A stretch of 64,000 bases of DNA, taken from Candidatus Bathyarchaeota archaeon. Lineage in GTDB: Archaea; Thermoproteota; Bathyarchaeia; Bathyarchaeales; Bathycorpusculaceae. Location of the stretch: the NCBI GenBank assembly GCA_963833575.1, contig CAWHXY010000007.1:512001-576000 (forward strand). The letters are read 5' to 3'. The position numbers and the translations under genes were made by a program. Positions 50,262-61,247 of the stretch are shown here, piece by piece; within the stretch, counting starts at the first letter, position 1, and every line of letters begins with the position of its first letter. The notes below the pieces were generated by a model. That model worked only from the letters and a program-made list of their open reading frames with translations, was not told the origin of the DNA and did no database searches.

Positions 50262-51368
50262 TTGAAACTTAACGTGAAAATAAGCGGCATCACAGCTGAA
50301 GTTAACGATAACATCCTTACTATTTGGTCTAAAAACTCTTTGAAGACCCTAAGTTCGGCTATTCTGAATGGGGGTCTGCAAGAGGCAAATGGAATAATTA
50401 ACGTTCAAGTTCCTGAAGGGTGCGGAAGCGACAAGTCCGATGTACACTGGAGCCCTGAAAAATTCTTGAACGAGGAAGCGCAACGGCTACAGTTTCCAGA
50501 GAATAAAGTGGTCGGGCTGATGACCGCTGCCAAAATGCAGAATATAGCAGTATACAGTGAGACATACGACAAAACAGTGCTGACTGCTTTAGTTACGGCT
50601 GGCTCAACCGTGGCAGTTACGGCAGGTGAACCTGCAGCATCAAAAAACGGTGATAAAATAGAACGTGTCGGTACAATAAACATTATTTTGTTAGTTGATG
50701 GAAACTTAACAGAAGGCTGTATGGTCGAAGCCATCAAAACATTGACAGAAGCTAAGACGGTTGCCTTGCGAGAGCTTGACATTAGAAGCCAGTTTTCTGG
50801 AGATATTGCTACTGGAACTTTAACAGACAGTATTGTAGTTGGCTGTACCAAAAAAGGAGAGCCCATACAATACGCCGGGACTTTCACATTGCTAGGCGAG
50901 CTAATTGCCAAATGTGTGCGGAAAGCGGTAAAAGAAGCCATGTATAAACAAGAAAACCTCACATCAAATAGAACTGTAAAAGAAAGATTGGGCGAGAGAG
51001 GGATATCATCTGAATTTATCATATCACTCGCATCCGAGCCAAACGAGAAACTTGATGACTCTGAGAAACTTCAAAAACAGATTGACTTAATTCTGTCGGA
51101 CACGAAAATAGCGCCACTTCTCATGGCTGCCCTCAGGCTAGATGATGATATAGAAAAAGGCTTGATCCCTAAAGACCACGTGAACAACATAGACAATGTT
51201 ACATTTGAAGAAATTATATTGTCAACTCTAAAGTGCGCCCTATACGACGAAAAAAATCTATATGACTATGTGGGAAAAAACCAGGTCAACAAGAACCGTC
51301 GTTTAGGCCCAACCACAAAATGCTTCTTAATGGCTATCCTAAAAAAAGCTTGCTCAAACATCAGTTAA
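50262..51368 (+). CDS. cbiZ: Adenosylcobinamide amidohydrolase
   Basis: LSSA..NGG, GLMTAA, GTINI, TEAK, ATGT.TD. Confidence 0.88.
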   Translation: MKLNVKISGITAEVNDNILTIWSKNSLKTLSSAILNGGLQEANGIINVQVPEGCGSDKSDVHWSPEKFLNEEAQRLQFPENKVVGLMTAAKMQNIAVYSETYDKTVLTALVTAGSTVAVTAGEPAASKNGDKIERVGTINIILLVDGNLTEGCMVEAIKTLTEAKTVALRELDIRSQFSGDIATGTLTDSIVVGCTKKGEPIQYAGTFTLLGELIAKCVRKAVKEAMYKQENLTSNRTVKERLGERGISSEFIISLASEPNEKLDDSEKLQKQIDLILSDTKIAPLLMAALRLDDDIEKGLIPKDHVNNIDNVTFEEIILSTLKCALYDEKNLYDYVGKNQVNKNRRLGPTTKCFLMAILKKACSNIS

Positions 51369-51427
51369 TTAAAGAGGAAGTCGGTTTAATGCAACTTATA
51401 AAAAAAGCTTAGCTGGTTTGAGTAACT

Positions 51428-52110
51428 ATGGATCTGTCTGTAATCCTTATTCTTCTAACTGGATTAGCATTGGGATTAGGGCATTCTTTGGATCCTGATC
51501 ATATTGTTGCAGTTTCCGCTCTTCTGTGCAATAGTCGGAGTCTAAGAAAATCAATCGCCTCTGCAACGGTTTGGGGAGTAGGGCATTCTTCAGTTTCTTT
51601 GTAGCGGGATTTTGTGTGCTGATTCTAAGAGTTTCAATTCCAGAAAACGTAGTCACCCTGTTCGAGTGTGCAGCCGGAGTTATGCTGATAATCTTGGGCA
51701 TTCTTGTGATTAGACCACTTATCTTAGATCGAATTAAAACTTCTCAACCAGGAGTTCAAATAGAAAAACTCTCCCACGACCATAATCATAATGTGTCTGA
51801 TTTGAAAGAAGGGCACACGCATATTCACAAATCGGCATTAGCGGGGCTTCTTCAGGGATTGGGCGGTAGTGCGGCCTTAATGTTAGTTGTATTAACGACT
51901 GTTAATTCAGTTGTGACTGGTTTAGCCTTTATTTTGGTTTTTGGAGTTGGTGTGATATTAGGTATGATAGGCATTTCCTGCGTTGTAGGCTCAATCATAG
52001 CATATACAGCATCAAACTTAGAAAGAGTTCACAAAATAATTAAAGCCATAACAGGATCAGTTAGCATAATTGTGGGAATACTTATTATTTTGTACACTTT
52101 AATTTATTAG
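51428..52110 (+). pseudogene. Frameshifted Ni/Co transporter (HoxN/UreH-like)
   Basis: GHSLDPDHIVAV...WGVGHS in one frame; GLLQGLGGSAAL in ORF 51571; shift near 51595. Confidence 0.8.
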
Positions 52111-52275
52111 ATTTCAAAGATCAACAGGTCAGTCACGAAAGAAAGCTTCATGGGCATTAAACCCGATTAAGTTGATCCATGCGCAAAATTAAAAGCACTC
52201 GACGATGATGAAGCTGCAGAAGATTTGTATCGAAAAATTTTCTAAAAAAATAAAAAAAAGAAAAGAATTTTCGTC

Positions 52276-53025
52276 TTACTTTTTAGATCTTTTGTATGCG
52301 ACTGTGCCGATTGCACTTACAGCTAAAGCAACAGCTAAAACTGCTACTATTACAGCAGAGAATTCGGGTATTGTTACTGTGCTGGAGGTTGGAACGAAAA
52401 ATGCTTGTACTGCGACATCACTTGTTGGAATTGTCAGATTCATAGTGCTAGAGGTGTAGTAGCTTCTGCCTTGTGCGCTGACGACTAACCAGTATAGGAA
52501 GTTGAAGCCGGAACTTGCTGTTGCTGTGAAGCTTGCAGATGAGCCGATGGTGTAGTTTGTGTATGAGGCTGTTCCGCTTCCTGCAGATGGAGATGTTGTT
52601 CCGCCTGCTGAAAGTAGGGCAATAACGGTGGCTGCACCTGTTCCTGTTGTGGTTTGGGTTGAGTTACTGACTGGGACAAATAATGCCTGAATTGCACATG
52701 AATCTGATGCTGAGAGTGTCTCTGTAAGAGTGTTGCTTGTAGAAGTTACCGGAGTTGCTGTGCCAATCCAATCCCAGCATAAGAAAGCAAATCCATCACC
52801 CGCAACCGGGGTATAGTTTACTGTATCTCCGCTGGTATAATTGTAGTTGGTTGAAGGAGTAAGCTGTGTTCCGTTAGCATCAATATTTCCGCCTTGCGAA
52901 TTGTAAACGTAAACGCTGGGCTGAGTAGCTGCTTTTACAGATGCGGCGCCAATGCTCGTTATTAAGAGTATTGAAGTTAGAAGAATCAAAGATAAGACTT
53001 TCATGTTTCTTGTTTGCGATTTCAT
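52276..53025 (-). CDS. Secreted protein with PEF-CTERM-like sorting signal
   Basis: Signal peptide; two G..F..W repeats; IPEF + TM + KRSKK. Confidence 0.8.
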   Translation of the reverse strand: MKSQTRNMKVLSLILLTSILLITSIGAASVKAATQPSVYVYNSQGGNIDANGTQLTPSTNYNYTSGDTVNYTPVAGDGFAFLCWDWIGTATPVTSTSNTLTETLSASDSCAIQALFVPVSNSTQTTTGTGAATVIALLSAGGTTSPSAGSGTASYTNYTIGSSASFTATASSGFNFLYWLVVSAQGRSYYTSSTMNLTIPTSDVAVQAFFVPTSSTVTIPEFSAVIVAVLAVALAVSAIGTVAYKRSKK

Positions 53026-53182
53026 TAAATCACCAATTAGTTAGGCTATTGTCACAGCTCAAAAGTGCTTATAAGCTTTTGCCCGAATCTCAAACTTAGA
53101 ATTAAGCGGACACAAAAATAATAAGTCTGCAACAACATGTTTTCAAAAGGGATGTATCAGTGAAACTGAGAAAGACACTTAT

Positions 53183-55264
53183 TTATCGTTCAATTGAGAT
53201 TTTGCTGTTTCCAGCTTCTTTTTCCAAAACAACCACGTGATCAGCTTTACCGGCAAACGCTTCACTGTGAGTTACCGCAATGATTTGTTCTATGGCTTTG
53301 AATCGGCTTATAGCTTCAGCTAACCGTTCTATGCTGCCGTCTTCGCTTCCCAAGTTTTCCGTGGGTTCATCAAGCACAAGCATGCTTAATCCATGGCCAG
53401 TTCGTGACTGCATAATTAACTGTCCTAAACCTAAGCGGTAAGCAAAAGCCAAAAGTGTGCGTTCTCCTCCAGAGAGGTTTGAGACTTCACGATCAACACT
53501 CGCTTCGCTTTTCACGTAAGGAGTATAAGTTTCGTCAATGGCAATATTTAGCAATGGTGCTTCTCCACCCACTAGGCTATCGAGCACTTGTTGAACAAAA
53601 TTTCGCAAAACCTTCACAAACTCACTTCGAAGCTTAGGCTGAATACTTCTATATGCATCACGGATGGCGGCTAAAAGTTCCACAGTTTTGCGGATTTTTT
53701 CAATGCGTTCAATTTTTTCTTGGGCAAGATCAATTCTTTCTTTAATTTCGTCTAAGCGTTTGAAGAGATCTGTTTTGCGGTTCTCCTTAGTTCGTAACTC
53801 CGAATCAAACTGATAATATTGCCTGAAAGTTTGCTCACGCAGAAGTCGGGCCGCATCAAGTTCAGACAAATCAAATTTTCCAATCTCAAACTGAACCTGT
53901 TCAATCTGCAAATGCAAATCCGTTTCAAGTTGCTGCTTTTCCAAAAACTCGCTTGACAGCGCTTTGAGGTTAGTTTCTTCTTCGTTAAGCCGGTTTTTCA
54001 ATTCTTCACTTCTTGTCATGCACATCTGCAGATTCGAAGAAGCTTCAGAAGCCACGACTTTTGTTTTCTGCAAAACATCAATTTCAATTCGCAGTTGGCT
54101 AATGCTTTTTTCCCGATCAATATTCTCAGTTTGAATCCTTGACAGCAAATTACTTTTGTATTCGCCGTCTAAAGGTTGTATACAAAGTGGGCACTTACTC
54201 TCTTTAGACAACTCAGATGCCCGTTTCCTGTCAGTTTGAAGGTTCCTTGAAGTTGCTTCTTGATCTGCTCGTAAACTGCTGATTTTATCATCAAAGGATG
54301 CTAAACAAGAATCCAGTGATTCAACAGACTGACTGATAGGCAAACCTGCTTGTTCAAGTTTACTCATGCATGCCTTTATTTGAGCATCAATTGAGTTTTG
54401 GCGTTGACCCAAATTGCTAATTATTGTTTTTTTACCTTCGATGCGCTCAGTTAAAGAAGCCAAAGTTCTGCTCATGTTAACGATATCAGCGTGCAGCCTT
54501 GCTTCTTTTCGCTTAAATTCTTCAATAGCTTGCCTTTTTTCTTCAAGCTTCTTAAGTTTTGAATCTGCTTCGTCCAACGCTTTCTTGGCAACTGATAGCT
54601 TTTGCGTTGCGTTTTCAAGATCCATTTCTAGAAGCGTGTATTCTTCGCTTGATCTGTTATATTCATTGCTTAATTTTTCCATTCCTGTAACATCGGGGTC
54701 TTTCTCGTAAACCCGCTTTTCTGTTTCGTAATCTCTCTGGTACTGGGCAATATTGCTCCAGGCGACTTCGTAGTCAGATAAACCGAAGAGTTCATCCAAA
54801 CGTGTTTGCCTATCTCGCGGTTTAGCGTCGAGCAACTCTTTGAGGTGTTCTTGCTTAAACCATACAATTTCACGATATAGGTCGCTGTCTAAGCCTGTGA
54901 TCGCTTTAAATTGTTCAGCTATTGCGTCGGTTTTCATGCTGGCAATTAGCTTCTCATTTTCCCAGAGTTTGAGTTCTTCAATGTTTTGGGTGATGCTTTT
55001 GCCTTTGCGTTTTAAGCCGCGTGTAAGCTTGTAGGTGTTTCCATTTTGGCTGAACTGAACAGTGACTTTTCCCCAGTCTGCGCCTTCTCGCAATAAATAG
55101 TCGTAGGTTCTTGATTCGCCAAATAAGGCAAAGTCAACCGCGTACAATACACTGGATTTTCCGCAACCCACTCCACCTACAAGACAGTTAAAGCCATGAG
55201 TAAACGGCACAGTCGATTTAACGTGGCTTCGGATGTTTTCAAGCTGGACAATTTCAATTTTCAT
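53183..55264 (-). CDS. rad50: DNA double-strand break repair ATPase Rad50
   Basis: Walker A GKSS, CPLC zinc hook, LSGGE, LDEPT; coupled to mre11. Confidence 0.92.
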   Translation of the reverse strand: MKIEIVQLENIRSHVKSTVPFTHGFNCLVGGVGCGKSSVLYAVDFALFGESRTYDYLLREGADWGKVTVQFSQNGNTYKLTRGLKRKGKSITQNIEELKLWENEKLIASMKTDAIAEQFKAITGLDSDLYREIVWFKQEHLKELLDAKPRDRQTRLDELFGLSDYEVAWSNIAQYQRDYETEKRVYEKDPDVTGMEKLSNEYNRSSEEYTLLEMDLENATQKLSVAKKALDEADSKLKKLEEKRQAIEEFKRKEARLHADIVNMSRTLASLTERIEGKKTIISNLGQRQNSIDAQIKACMSKLEQAGLPISQSVESLDSCLASFDDKISSLRADQEATSRNLQTDRKRASELSKESKCPLCIQPLDGEYKSNLLSRIQTENIDREKSISQLRIEIDVLQKTKVVASEASSNLQMCMTRSEELKNRLNEEETNLKALSSEFLEKQQLETDLHLQIEQVQFEIGKFDLSELDAARLLREQTFRQYYQFDSELRTKENRKTDLFKRLDEIKERIDLAQEKIERIEKIRKTVELLAAIRDAYRSIQPKLRSEFVKVLRNFVQQVLDSLVGGEAPLLNIAIDETYTPYVKSEASVDREVSNLSGGERTLLAFAYRLGLGQLIMQSRTGHGLSMLVLDEPTENLGSEDGSIERLAEAISRFKAIEQIIAVTHSEAFAGKADHVVVLEKEAGNSKISIER

Positions 55265-56466
55265 TTTGCCAGCTCCTCAATGCTTTGCTTAATTTTTTCG
55301 TCTTGTTTTTTTGTTAAAGGCTCAATTAGACTTAACGCTGAATGAGCGATTTTATCTGCTTCCTCCCGACTGTAGCGCTGAGCAAAAATCTCTACGAAAT
55401 ATTCAAACGCTTTGGTTTTCAAATCTTTAAATTCGCCTTCAAATATGGAGCGTACTACTTCGTCTGAAACCGCAGTTTCTTTTAACTGTACGATGGGGTG
55501 AACAAGCAAGGCTTTCTCGCCGGCATTCCTGATTTTTCCAATGTCTACCTCGGCTCGGCTGGCTTCAACTGGAAGGGTGCCTCTTAGGATGGGAATTATG
55601 ATTGTGCCTTCCTCATCATTGTCTTTTACTTGTTGAGCAGCTATCTCCGTGATTTTTTCAGATGTCATGCAGGGGAAATCTTGCTCTAAAATGATGAATC
55701 GGCGTGTTGTCGCTAAATCTATGCATTCAGTGTTGGATTGGCCTTTCTCATCGACTTTAACGTAAAGGAAGCCTTTGGGATCCTTGGCTTCTCGGTAATC
55801 GGTTGTTTCTACGCAACCACTGTAGGCTAAAGTACCAGTTTTGAATGTGCCTAAGAACCGTTCATGTACGTGGCCAGCTGCGTAATAGTTGAAGCCGTCA
55901 GGTATTTGCCCCGGTGAAAGTTCTGCCTCAATGTACGGGGGTGCAATATTTGGCAAGTCCAAAGCTCCATGGAAAACAAAAATGTTGAAAAGCCTTTCGA
56001 CTGGTGCTGGAGGGTTTTCTGCAATGAATTTTGGCAGTGCCTCTTGAGCTTTATGTTTGTTGTGGAAGTTTGGGATGCCATACACGTAGCAGCTGTCTGG
56101 TTTAAACCAGCATGCGCCGCTATGCCTGGGAAGATGATGAATTAATCCTGCACTATCTAAAGGGTAGAGAATCGTGCCCGTTATGGTGTTTGGTGCAGAA
56201 TCATGTGAACCGTCAACAGTCAAAACTGGAATGTCAGCATCTTTAAGCCGCTTAAAACTTCGAATGGTATTCTCCAAAGTAACGTTTGACGGTCTGGGTT
56301 GATGAAACAAGTCGCCGGCGATAATCATAAAGTCAGGTTTTAACTCGATGGTTTTGTCAACAATCTCTTTGAAAGAGTTGTCGAAATCTTGCCTTCTAGC
56401 TTCCAGTCCATACTGGGAGTAGCCTAAATGTAAATCTGCAGCGTGGACAAAGCTAAACGGCTTCAA
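55261..56466 (-). CDS. mre11: DNA double-strand break repair nuclease Mre11
   Basis: ADLHLG, AGDLF, GSHD, GHVH. Confidence 0.92.
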   Translation of the reverse strand: MKPFSFVHAADLHLGYSQYGLEARRQDFDNSFKEIVDKTIELKPDFMIIAGDLFHQPRPSNVTLENTIRSFKRLKDADIPVLTVDGSHDSAPNTITGTILYPLDSAGLIHHLPRHSGACWFKPDSCYVYGIPNFHNKHKAQEALPKFIAENPPAPVERLFNIFVFHGALDLPNIAPPYIEAELSPGQIPDGFNYYAAGHVHERFLGTFKTGTLAYSGCVETTDYREAKDPKGFLYVKVDEKGQSNTECIDLATTRRFIILEQDFPCMTSEKITEIAAQQVKDNDEEGTIIIPILRGTLPVEASRAEVDIGKIRNAGEKALLVHPIVQLKETAVSDEVVRSIFEGEFKDLKTKAFEYFVEIFAQRYSREEADKIAHSALSLIEPLTKKQDEKIKQSIEELAK

Positions 56467-56624
56467 GTTACCCCAACTCCCCTTTCTTTCCCTTTGTATT
56501 TCTGATTAGGGTTTGCTTATTTTAAAGCGTTATTGCAACTAAAATGTTAAGGCAATTTTTGTTATTAAAGGGGAAAAATATAAAGCATCATATGCGCGTT
56601 ACCTGTTAAAGGCGCCCTAATTAG

Positions 56625-57428
56625 ATGAAATGCCAAGCATGCGATCAAGAAACGCTTCTTCCATTCCGCTGTCCATTCTGTGGCGGACAATTTTGCAGTG
56701 CACACCGTATACCGGAAAACCACTCATGTCCACAAATATCTTCTGCGCGTGTTCAAAGACAAGAACAGGTAATGACGTCACAATCATTTAACAGCTATCA
56801 GTATACGTACAATTTAGGCCAGCCAAAACGACAGAGACATATAACGACTAGCCCAAAAGAGCTAAAACATATAGGGGTTGCAGCAGCGCTTGTCATCGGC
56901 ATTGGCTTTTCCATAGGATTATATGGTTTCAGTTGGGGCTGGACTGTTATGGCTGTTTTCGCTTTAGTGATGACAATGTCTTTTCTGGTTCATGAAATTG
57001 CTCATAAAGTGATGGCTCAGCGAGCGGGGATGTGGGCTGAATTCCGCCTTACAACCTGGGGAGCTGTGTTAACGCTTTTTTCAGTGTTCTTACCTTTCAA
57101 AATGATTGCTCCGGGAGCCATGATGATTGGTGGACAGGCGCCCTCTGCCAAAGAAATGGTTAAAATCTCCATTGCAGGAGTTATCACAAACATGATTTTC
57201 GCCGCCACATTTCTGGCTTTAGCATTTGGTTTACCCATTAGTGCATATTCCGGGATGCTGTTCTTCGCAGCCTACATCAACTCGTTCATGGCACTCTTCA
57301 ACTTGATTCCATTCGGAGTCTTGGACGGCTACAAACTATTTATCCTGAACAAGACTGCGTGGATTTTAGCGTTTATTCCCAGCGTCGTCCTTACAATAAT
57401 TTGCGGTTGGATAATTTTTATTGGCTGA
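56625..57428 (+). CDS. AN1-type zinc finger + M50-family metallopeptidase
   Basis: CxxC..CxxC..C..H...HxC; HEIAH; NLIP...LDG. Confidence 0.88.
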   Translation: MKCQACDQETLLPFRCPFCGGQFCSAHRIPENHSCPQISSARVQRQEQVMTSQSFNSYQYTYNLGQPKRQRHITTSPKELKHIGVAAALVIGIGFSIGLYGFSWGWTVMAVFALVMTMSFLVHEIAHKVMAQRAGMWAEFRLTTWGAVLTLFSVFLPFKMIAPGAMMIGGQAPSAKEMVKISIAGVITNMIFAATFLALAFGLPISAYSGMLFFAAYINSFMALFNLIPFGVLDGYKLFILNKTAWILAFIPSVVLTIICGWIIFIG

Positions 57429-57563
57429 AGCAGAGTTCTATTTGTCTTTTACACAGAACAGATAATGTTCAATTTGTATAGTTCCATACGCCGCCCATAC
57501 ACGTGCCACCAAAAAAGCCTAAGCTAACATAACAGAGAACTAAAAATTAAAAATTAAAAGATG

Positions 57564-57872
57564 TTAGATAAGTTCGATTGTTACGTGGACTTCTTCTGGT
57601 ACACGTATGCGCATGATTCGTCTCATGACTCGTTCTTCAGAGTCAATGTCGATTAGGCGTTTGTGAATGCGCATTTCCCATCTGTCCCATGTTGCTGTTC
57701 CTTCGCCTGAAGGTGCTTTGAGAACTGGGACACGCAGCCGTTTTGTCGGTAATGGCACTGGACCATTGATTTTTACACCTGTTTTTTGGGCAATGCTTCT
57801 GAGTTCTCCACATACCTCTTCCAATTTTGCGTAATCTGTGCTTGTAAGGCGTATTCTTGCTTTTCTCACCAT
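57564..57872 (-). CDS. rps10: 30S ribosomal protein S10 (uS10)
   Basis: [24 protein letters not shown]. Confidence 0.97.
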   Translation of the reverse strand: MVRKARIRLTSTDYAKLEEVCGELRSIAQKTGVKINGPVPLPTKRLRVPVLKAPSGEGTATWDRWEMRIHKRLIDIDSEERVMRRIMRIRVPEEVHVTIELI

Positions 57873-58274
57873 TTTGGTCCATCAATCCATTATTTTGCCA
57901 TAATATATCTTGGCGACACCTTAGAAACTTCAGAGGAACATAAAAACCTATCGTCGACATTTTTTTCTTTGTCGTCTAACGTTTGGTAAGACCAAGAAAT
58001 GATTTTAATTTCTGGTCCAAAAATAGGAGAAGACAGCATTGACCATTTTATCTTCATCAAACAGTGCAATTTCATGTTTTTGTGCAGATCTGATGTACAG
58101 GTTCTATCAAACAAAATGTAGGCTTGGAATATCACTTCCTACGTAGCATTTTACGTATTATTGTGTTCTTGTGTTCGACAAATGAGGTTCTTGATATGCT
58201 TGGGTTATGTGCGAGGGTTTATGTGGCGGTTTACTCACATTGAAGAATGGAGAAATGTGTCTTAAAAAGACACA

Positions 58275-58478
58275 TTGTACATGAGTACAACACAACCACG
58301 GAGAAAAATCGAGATGAAAACCAAACGTATAGTTGTTGCCAAATCTTCAGGCAGAAAAAATATTCCAAAGCAGCCGAGCGAAAAAGCAGAGCGCGGGTTT
58401 GAGCGATTAGTAGTCGATGCCGGGCGTTCCAAAAAAGCTGCTGATGAGATCTTAAAATGGTACACAAATTCAAGTTGA
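58275..58478 (+). CDS. Small basic hypothetical protein
   Basis: ORF with helical C-terminus AADEILKWY. Confidence 0.4.
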   Translation: MYMSTTQPRRKIEMKTKRIVVAKSSGRKNIPKQPSEKAERGFERLVVDAGRSKKAADEILKWYTNSS

Positions 58479-58707
58479 AAAGAAGGAAAAAAGGAAAATT
58501 AAGGGCAAAAATCGCCTCCCATAGAATATAAAAAACCATTCAAACTTCTGCCAACTATCTTAGTGGACGGAAGCATACAGAACGCGTGTATCTTAATCTC
58601 AGAGTTCTAAACAGATTGGTCCTTACGTCGTATTCTAAACCATTTGGGCAAACCTAAATCGGATAGATCTGACCGCAACAACCTGCCATTTTTTGATTAC
58701 AAATAAG

Positions 58708-58941
58708 CTATATGTTGATTCTTTTCTTGATTGTCTCGTATTGTTCAGGTGTGAATACTTCTTTGTCACATGCGGGACATCTTAAAGCTTTAACATTACG
58801 CAAGATAACGCCTTCAACTTCAAAATCAAACTCGACTTCGAGATACTCAATGCAGCATATGGGGCATAGTAATGCACCTGCTTTAGTGCTTTTTGGCTTA
58901 TTGGGTGAATTGTCTTCCAAGTTGCTCTGCCCAAACCTCAA
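58708..58941 (-). CDS. YgiT-type zinc finger protein
   Basis: CPIC...NV.ALRCPAC..EVF. Confidence 0.7.
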   Translation of the reverse strand: MRFGQSNLEDNSPNKPKSTKAGALLCPICCIEYLEVEFDFEVEGVILRNVKALRCPACDKEVFTPEQYETIKKRINI

Positions 58942-59371
58942 CCTTAGATAAATCTGTATTGTCTACCATAGTTTTTCGAAAATATCTTATCCGCCCGCCG
59001 AAAGCTTCCGTACTTACAGGATTAATCTTGGGGTATTTAGCCAAAGTATTTTCCACGAATTTGGCTTTTGCATTATCATAACTTCCTGGCGTACCAGCCC
59101 AAGTGGATGAAACGTAAAAGGCAATGTTTTTGCCACTAAGGTCGTTTTCGAGAAACTTTAGCGCTTTGCCGTAGACTCTACCGCTCCTTACGCCGGCACC
59201 CACTATTATGTTTTTATACATCGTTAGATCAGGTATTTTTTGCTCTTTAAGGTCAACAAGGTCAACTTCTAACTGATACTTCGAACGCAAGATATCAGCT
59301 ATTTTCCGTGCCGACTCTTCCGTAACACCGCCTTTGGTTTGATAGGCGATAAGAGTTTTGTTCACATTCAT
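58898..59371 (-). CDS. Flavodoxin-domain (HemG-like) protein
   Basis: LIAYQTKGG.T...A..IA, IIVG, FGG. Confidence 0.85.
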   Translation of the reverse strand: MNVNKTLIAYQTKGGVTEESARKIADILRSKYQLEVDLVDLKEQKIPDLTMYKNIIVGAGVRSGRVYGKALKFLENDLSGKNIAFYVSSTWAGTPGSYDNAKAKFVENTLAKYPKINPVSTEAFGGRIRYFRKTMVDNTDLSKVEVWAEQLGRQFTQ

Positions 59372-59373
59372 CT

Positions 59374-59733
59374 TTAAGCGCTACCATGCGACTCTTCAGC
59401 AGGTGCAAGCCTAGTGCCGCAGTTGTGGCAAAATATTGAGCCTGTTGGGTTCTTTGTGGAACATTGGGAACATGTTAAAGTCTGTTCTTGAGGCGGTTTT
59501 TGTTGCCAATTCTCCCTTGCTCTATGGATAGCTGCATGTGTTTCTCGCGCTGCCATATTGAATGCTCTTTCAAGCTCTACACCCACTTGGTAAAAAGCAT
59601 CCCGTAACTCATCGACTGGATAAGCAGCTTTTGCAGCCTTTCCTTTATCAGTTTTTGTCCCGCATTTCTGACAGAAATAAGCGTCATCAGCAATTTTTTC
59701 CCCACAATTTGAGCAGTAAACCAATTCTTTCAC
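59374..59733 (-). CDS. Double zinc-ribbon protein
   Basis: Four CxxC motifs. Confidence 0.8.
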   Translation of the reverse strand: MKELVYCSNCGEKIADDAYFCQKCGTKTDKGKAAKAAYPVDELRDAFYQVGVELERAFNMAARETHAAIHRARENWQQKPPQEQTLTCSQCSTKNPTGSIFCHNCGTRLAPAEESHGSA

Positions 59734-59818
59734 CGTAAAGATGCATGTTATTTTGATAATTTAAGCCTTTACTGAACTAAAAAGAAAAGAATAAAAAGAA
59801 AAAGTAGGAATTGGCTGT

Positions 59819-61186
59819 TTATTCTACGAGTTTGTGCTTGGCATCTTCAATGAGTTTTACGGTCTGCAGTCGCCATGACTCAAAGTTTTGCGGTGAGGTT
59901 GGGTATGTGTTGTAGTGTGCGCTGAGTCCTCGCATCATTGTAACGGTTAGGCGGAGTTTGTTGAGGAATCCTACGCGTCGTATGCCGCGGAACACGCGCT
60001 TTGCGGTTTCTGTGATGTTTAGGTGGAAGTCGTCGCCCATGCCTGCTTTGAGAACGTCATCTTCTGTCATGAGTTTTTCGTTCATGCCATAGTTGAGGTC
60101 TGCGTCGCTACAGGATAAGAGGAACATCTTGAAAATGTCAAGGGTTCCTTGTTTCTTTCCGTAAGTGTCGATGTATTTTTTGTTGTAGCCCCAAAGCGCC
60201 TCTTTTGTCGGTTCACCTTTGCTTAGGGCTTCAATGATTTGTTGCCCTGCAAGATGGCCACTGAGCATTGAAGGCCCAATGCCGCCGCCATGAATTGGAT
60301 TAACTAATGATGCGGCGTCACCAGTCAATACGACTCCATTTGATACCATGTTGTCTAATGGTCTTCGTACTGGATCAAACCATGAGCCACCAGTTAAAAC
60401 GACGGATCCTTCAAAGATTGGTTTCTTAAAGGCTGTCTCATAGAGTTGCAGCTTGGGGTTCGGATAGTTGGTGCGCATGCAAGTGCCTATGCCCACGTTG
60501 ACACGGGCACCTCCTTTGGGAAAAATCCAGATATAGCCGCCCGGTGAGGCTTTTTGGTTAAGATAAATTTCGCAGAAGCGGGTGTTTTCGGTTTCTTGTT
60601 TAAGTTGGCGAATTTCTCGGTAGCAAGCTTCAACATCTTCATTTGCTATGTCGCGATCTATGCCCATCTCAGCAGGCAGTTGTTTGCGTACCATGCCAAA
60701 GTAGCCAGTAGCGTCCACCACGACCTTACTTCGCATCTCTGCAACCTTGCCAGTTTTCATGTTCTTCGCAGTTATGCCAACTACAGAACCTTTCTCAATG
60801 ATGGGTGAACGAAAATTCATGTTATCTTGCAGAAATGCACCTGTGTCGGTTGCTTTCTTTAGCAGCCACTGCCCAAATAATCGCCTGTTTAACAGAAAAC
60901 CGACAAAGTCTTTGTCTGCTATGGTGAAGATAGTGTTTTCATCTGGAGAGTAGATTTTTATGCCATCAATTTTTGCTTCTAACTCGCCGCCTGTCGGTTT
61001 CTCCAACCCTAAAAATTTGAGGTGGTGTTCGCCTAAGGCGTCACCACAGATTTTTTCGCCGATTTCGTCACTTCTTTTCTTTTCGACGATACAAACTTTT
61101 AATCCTTTTTCAGACATGGTTTTTGCCGCTAAGCAACCTGCTGTTCCCGCGCCAACAACTATTACGTCGTATTTTTCCAAATTCAA
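59819..61186 (-). CDS. Geranylgeranyl reductase family (digeranylgeranylglycerophospholipid reductase-like)
   Basis: GAGTAG, KICGD, PGGYIWIFPK, GDAA...NPIHGGGI. Confidence 0.9.
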   Translation of the reverse strand: MNLEKYDVIVVGAGTAGCLAAKTMSEKGLKVCIVEKKRSDEIGEKICGDALGEHHLKFLGLEKPTGGELEAKIDGIKIYSPDENTIFTIADKDFVGFLLNRRLFGQWLLKKATDTGAFLQDNMNFRSPIIEKGSVVGITAKNMKTGKVAEMRSKVVVDATGYFGMVRKQLPAEMGIDRDIANEDVEACYREIRQLKQETENTRFCEIYLNQKASPGGYIWIFPKGGARVNVGIGTCMRTNYPNPKLQLYETAFKKPIFEGSVVLTGGSWFDPVRRPLDNMVSNGVVLTGDAASLVNPIHGGGIGPSMLSGHLAGQQIIEALSKGEPTKEALWGYNKKYIDTYGKKQGTLDIFKMFLLSCSDADLNYGMNEKLMTEDDVLKAGMGDDFHLNITETAKRVFRGIRRVGFLNKLRLTVTMMRGLSAHYNTYPTSPQNFESWRLQTVKLIEDAKHKLVE

Positions 61187-61247
61187 TCCTCCAGTATGAT
61201 GTAATTTGTATACCTTGTTGTATAAGTAAACCCTTATAAATTATGAA

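Noticed and set aside
58555-58650. tRNA-like end (TAGTGGACGG)
   Set aside because: No T-loop GTTCRA and no cloverleaf
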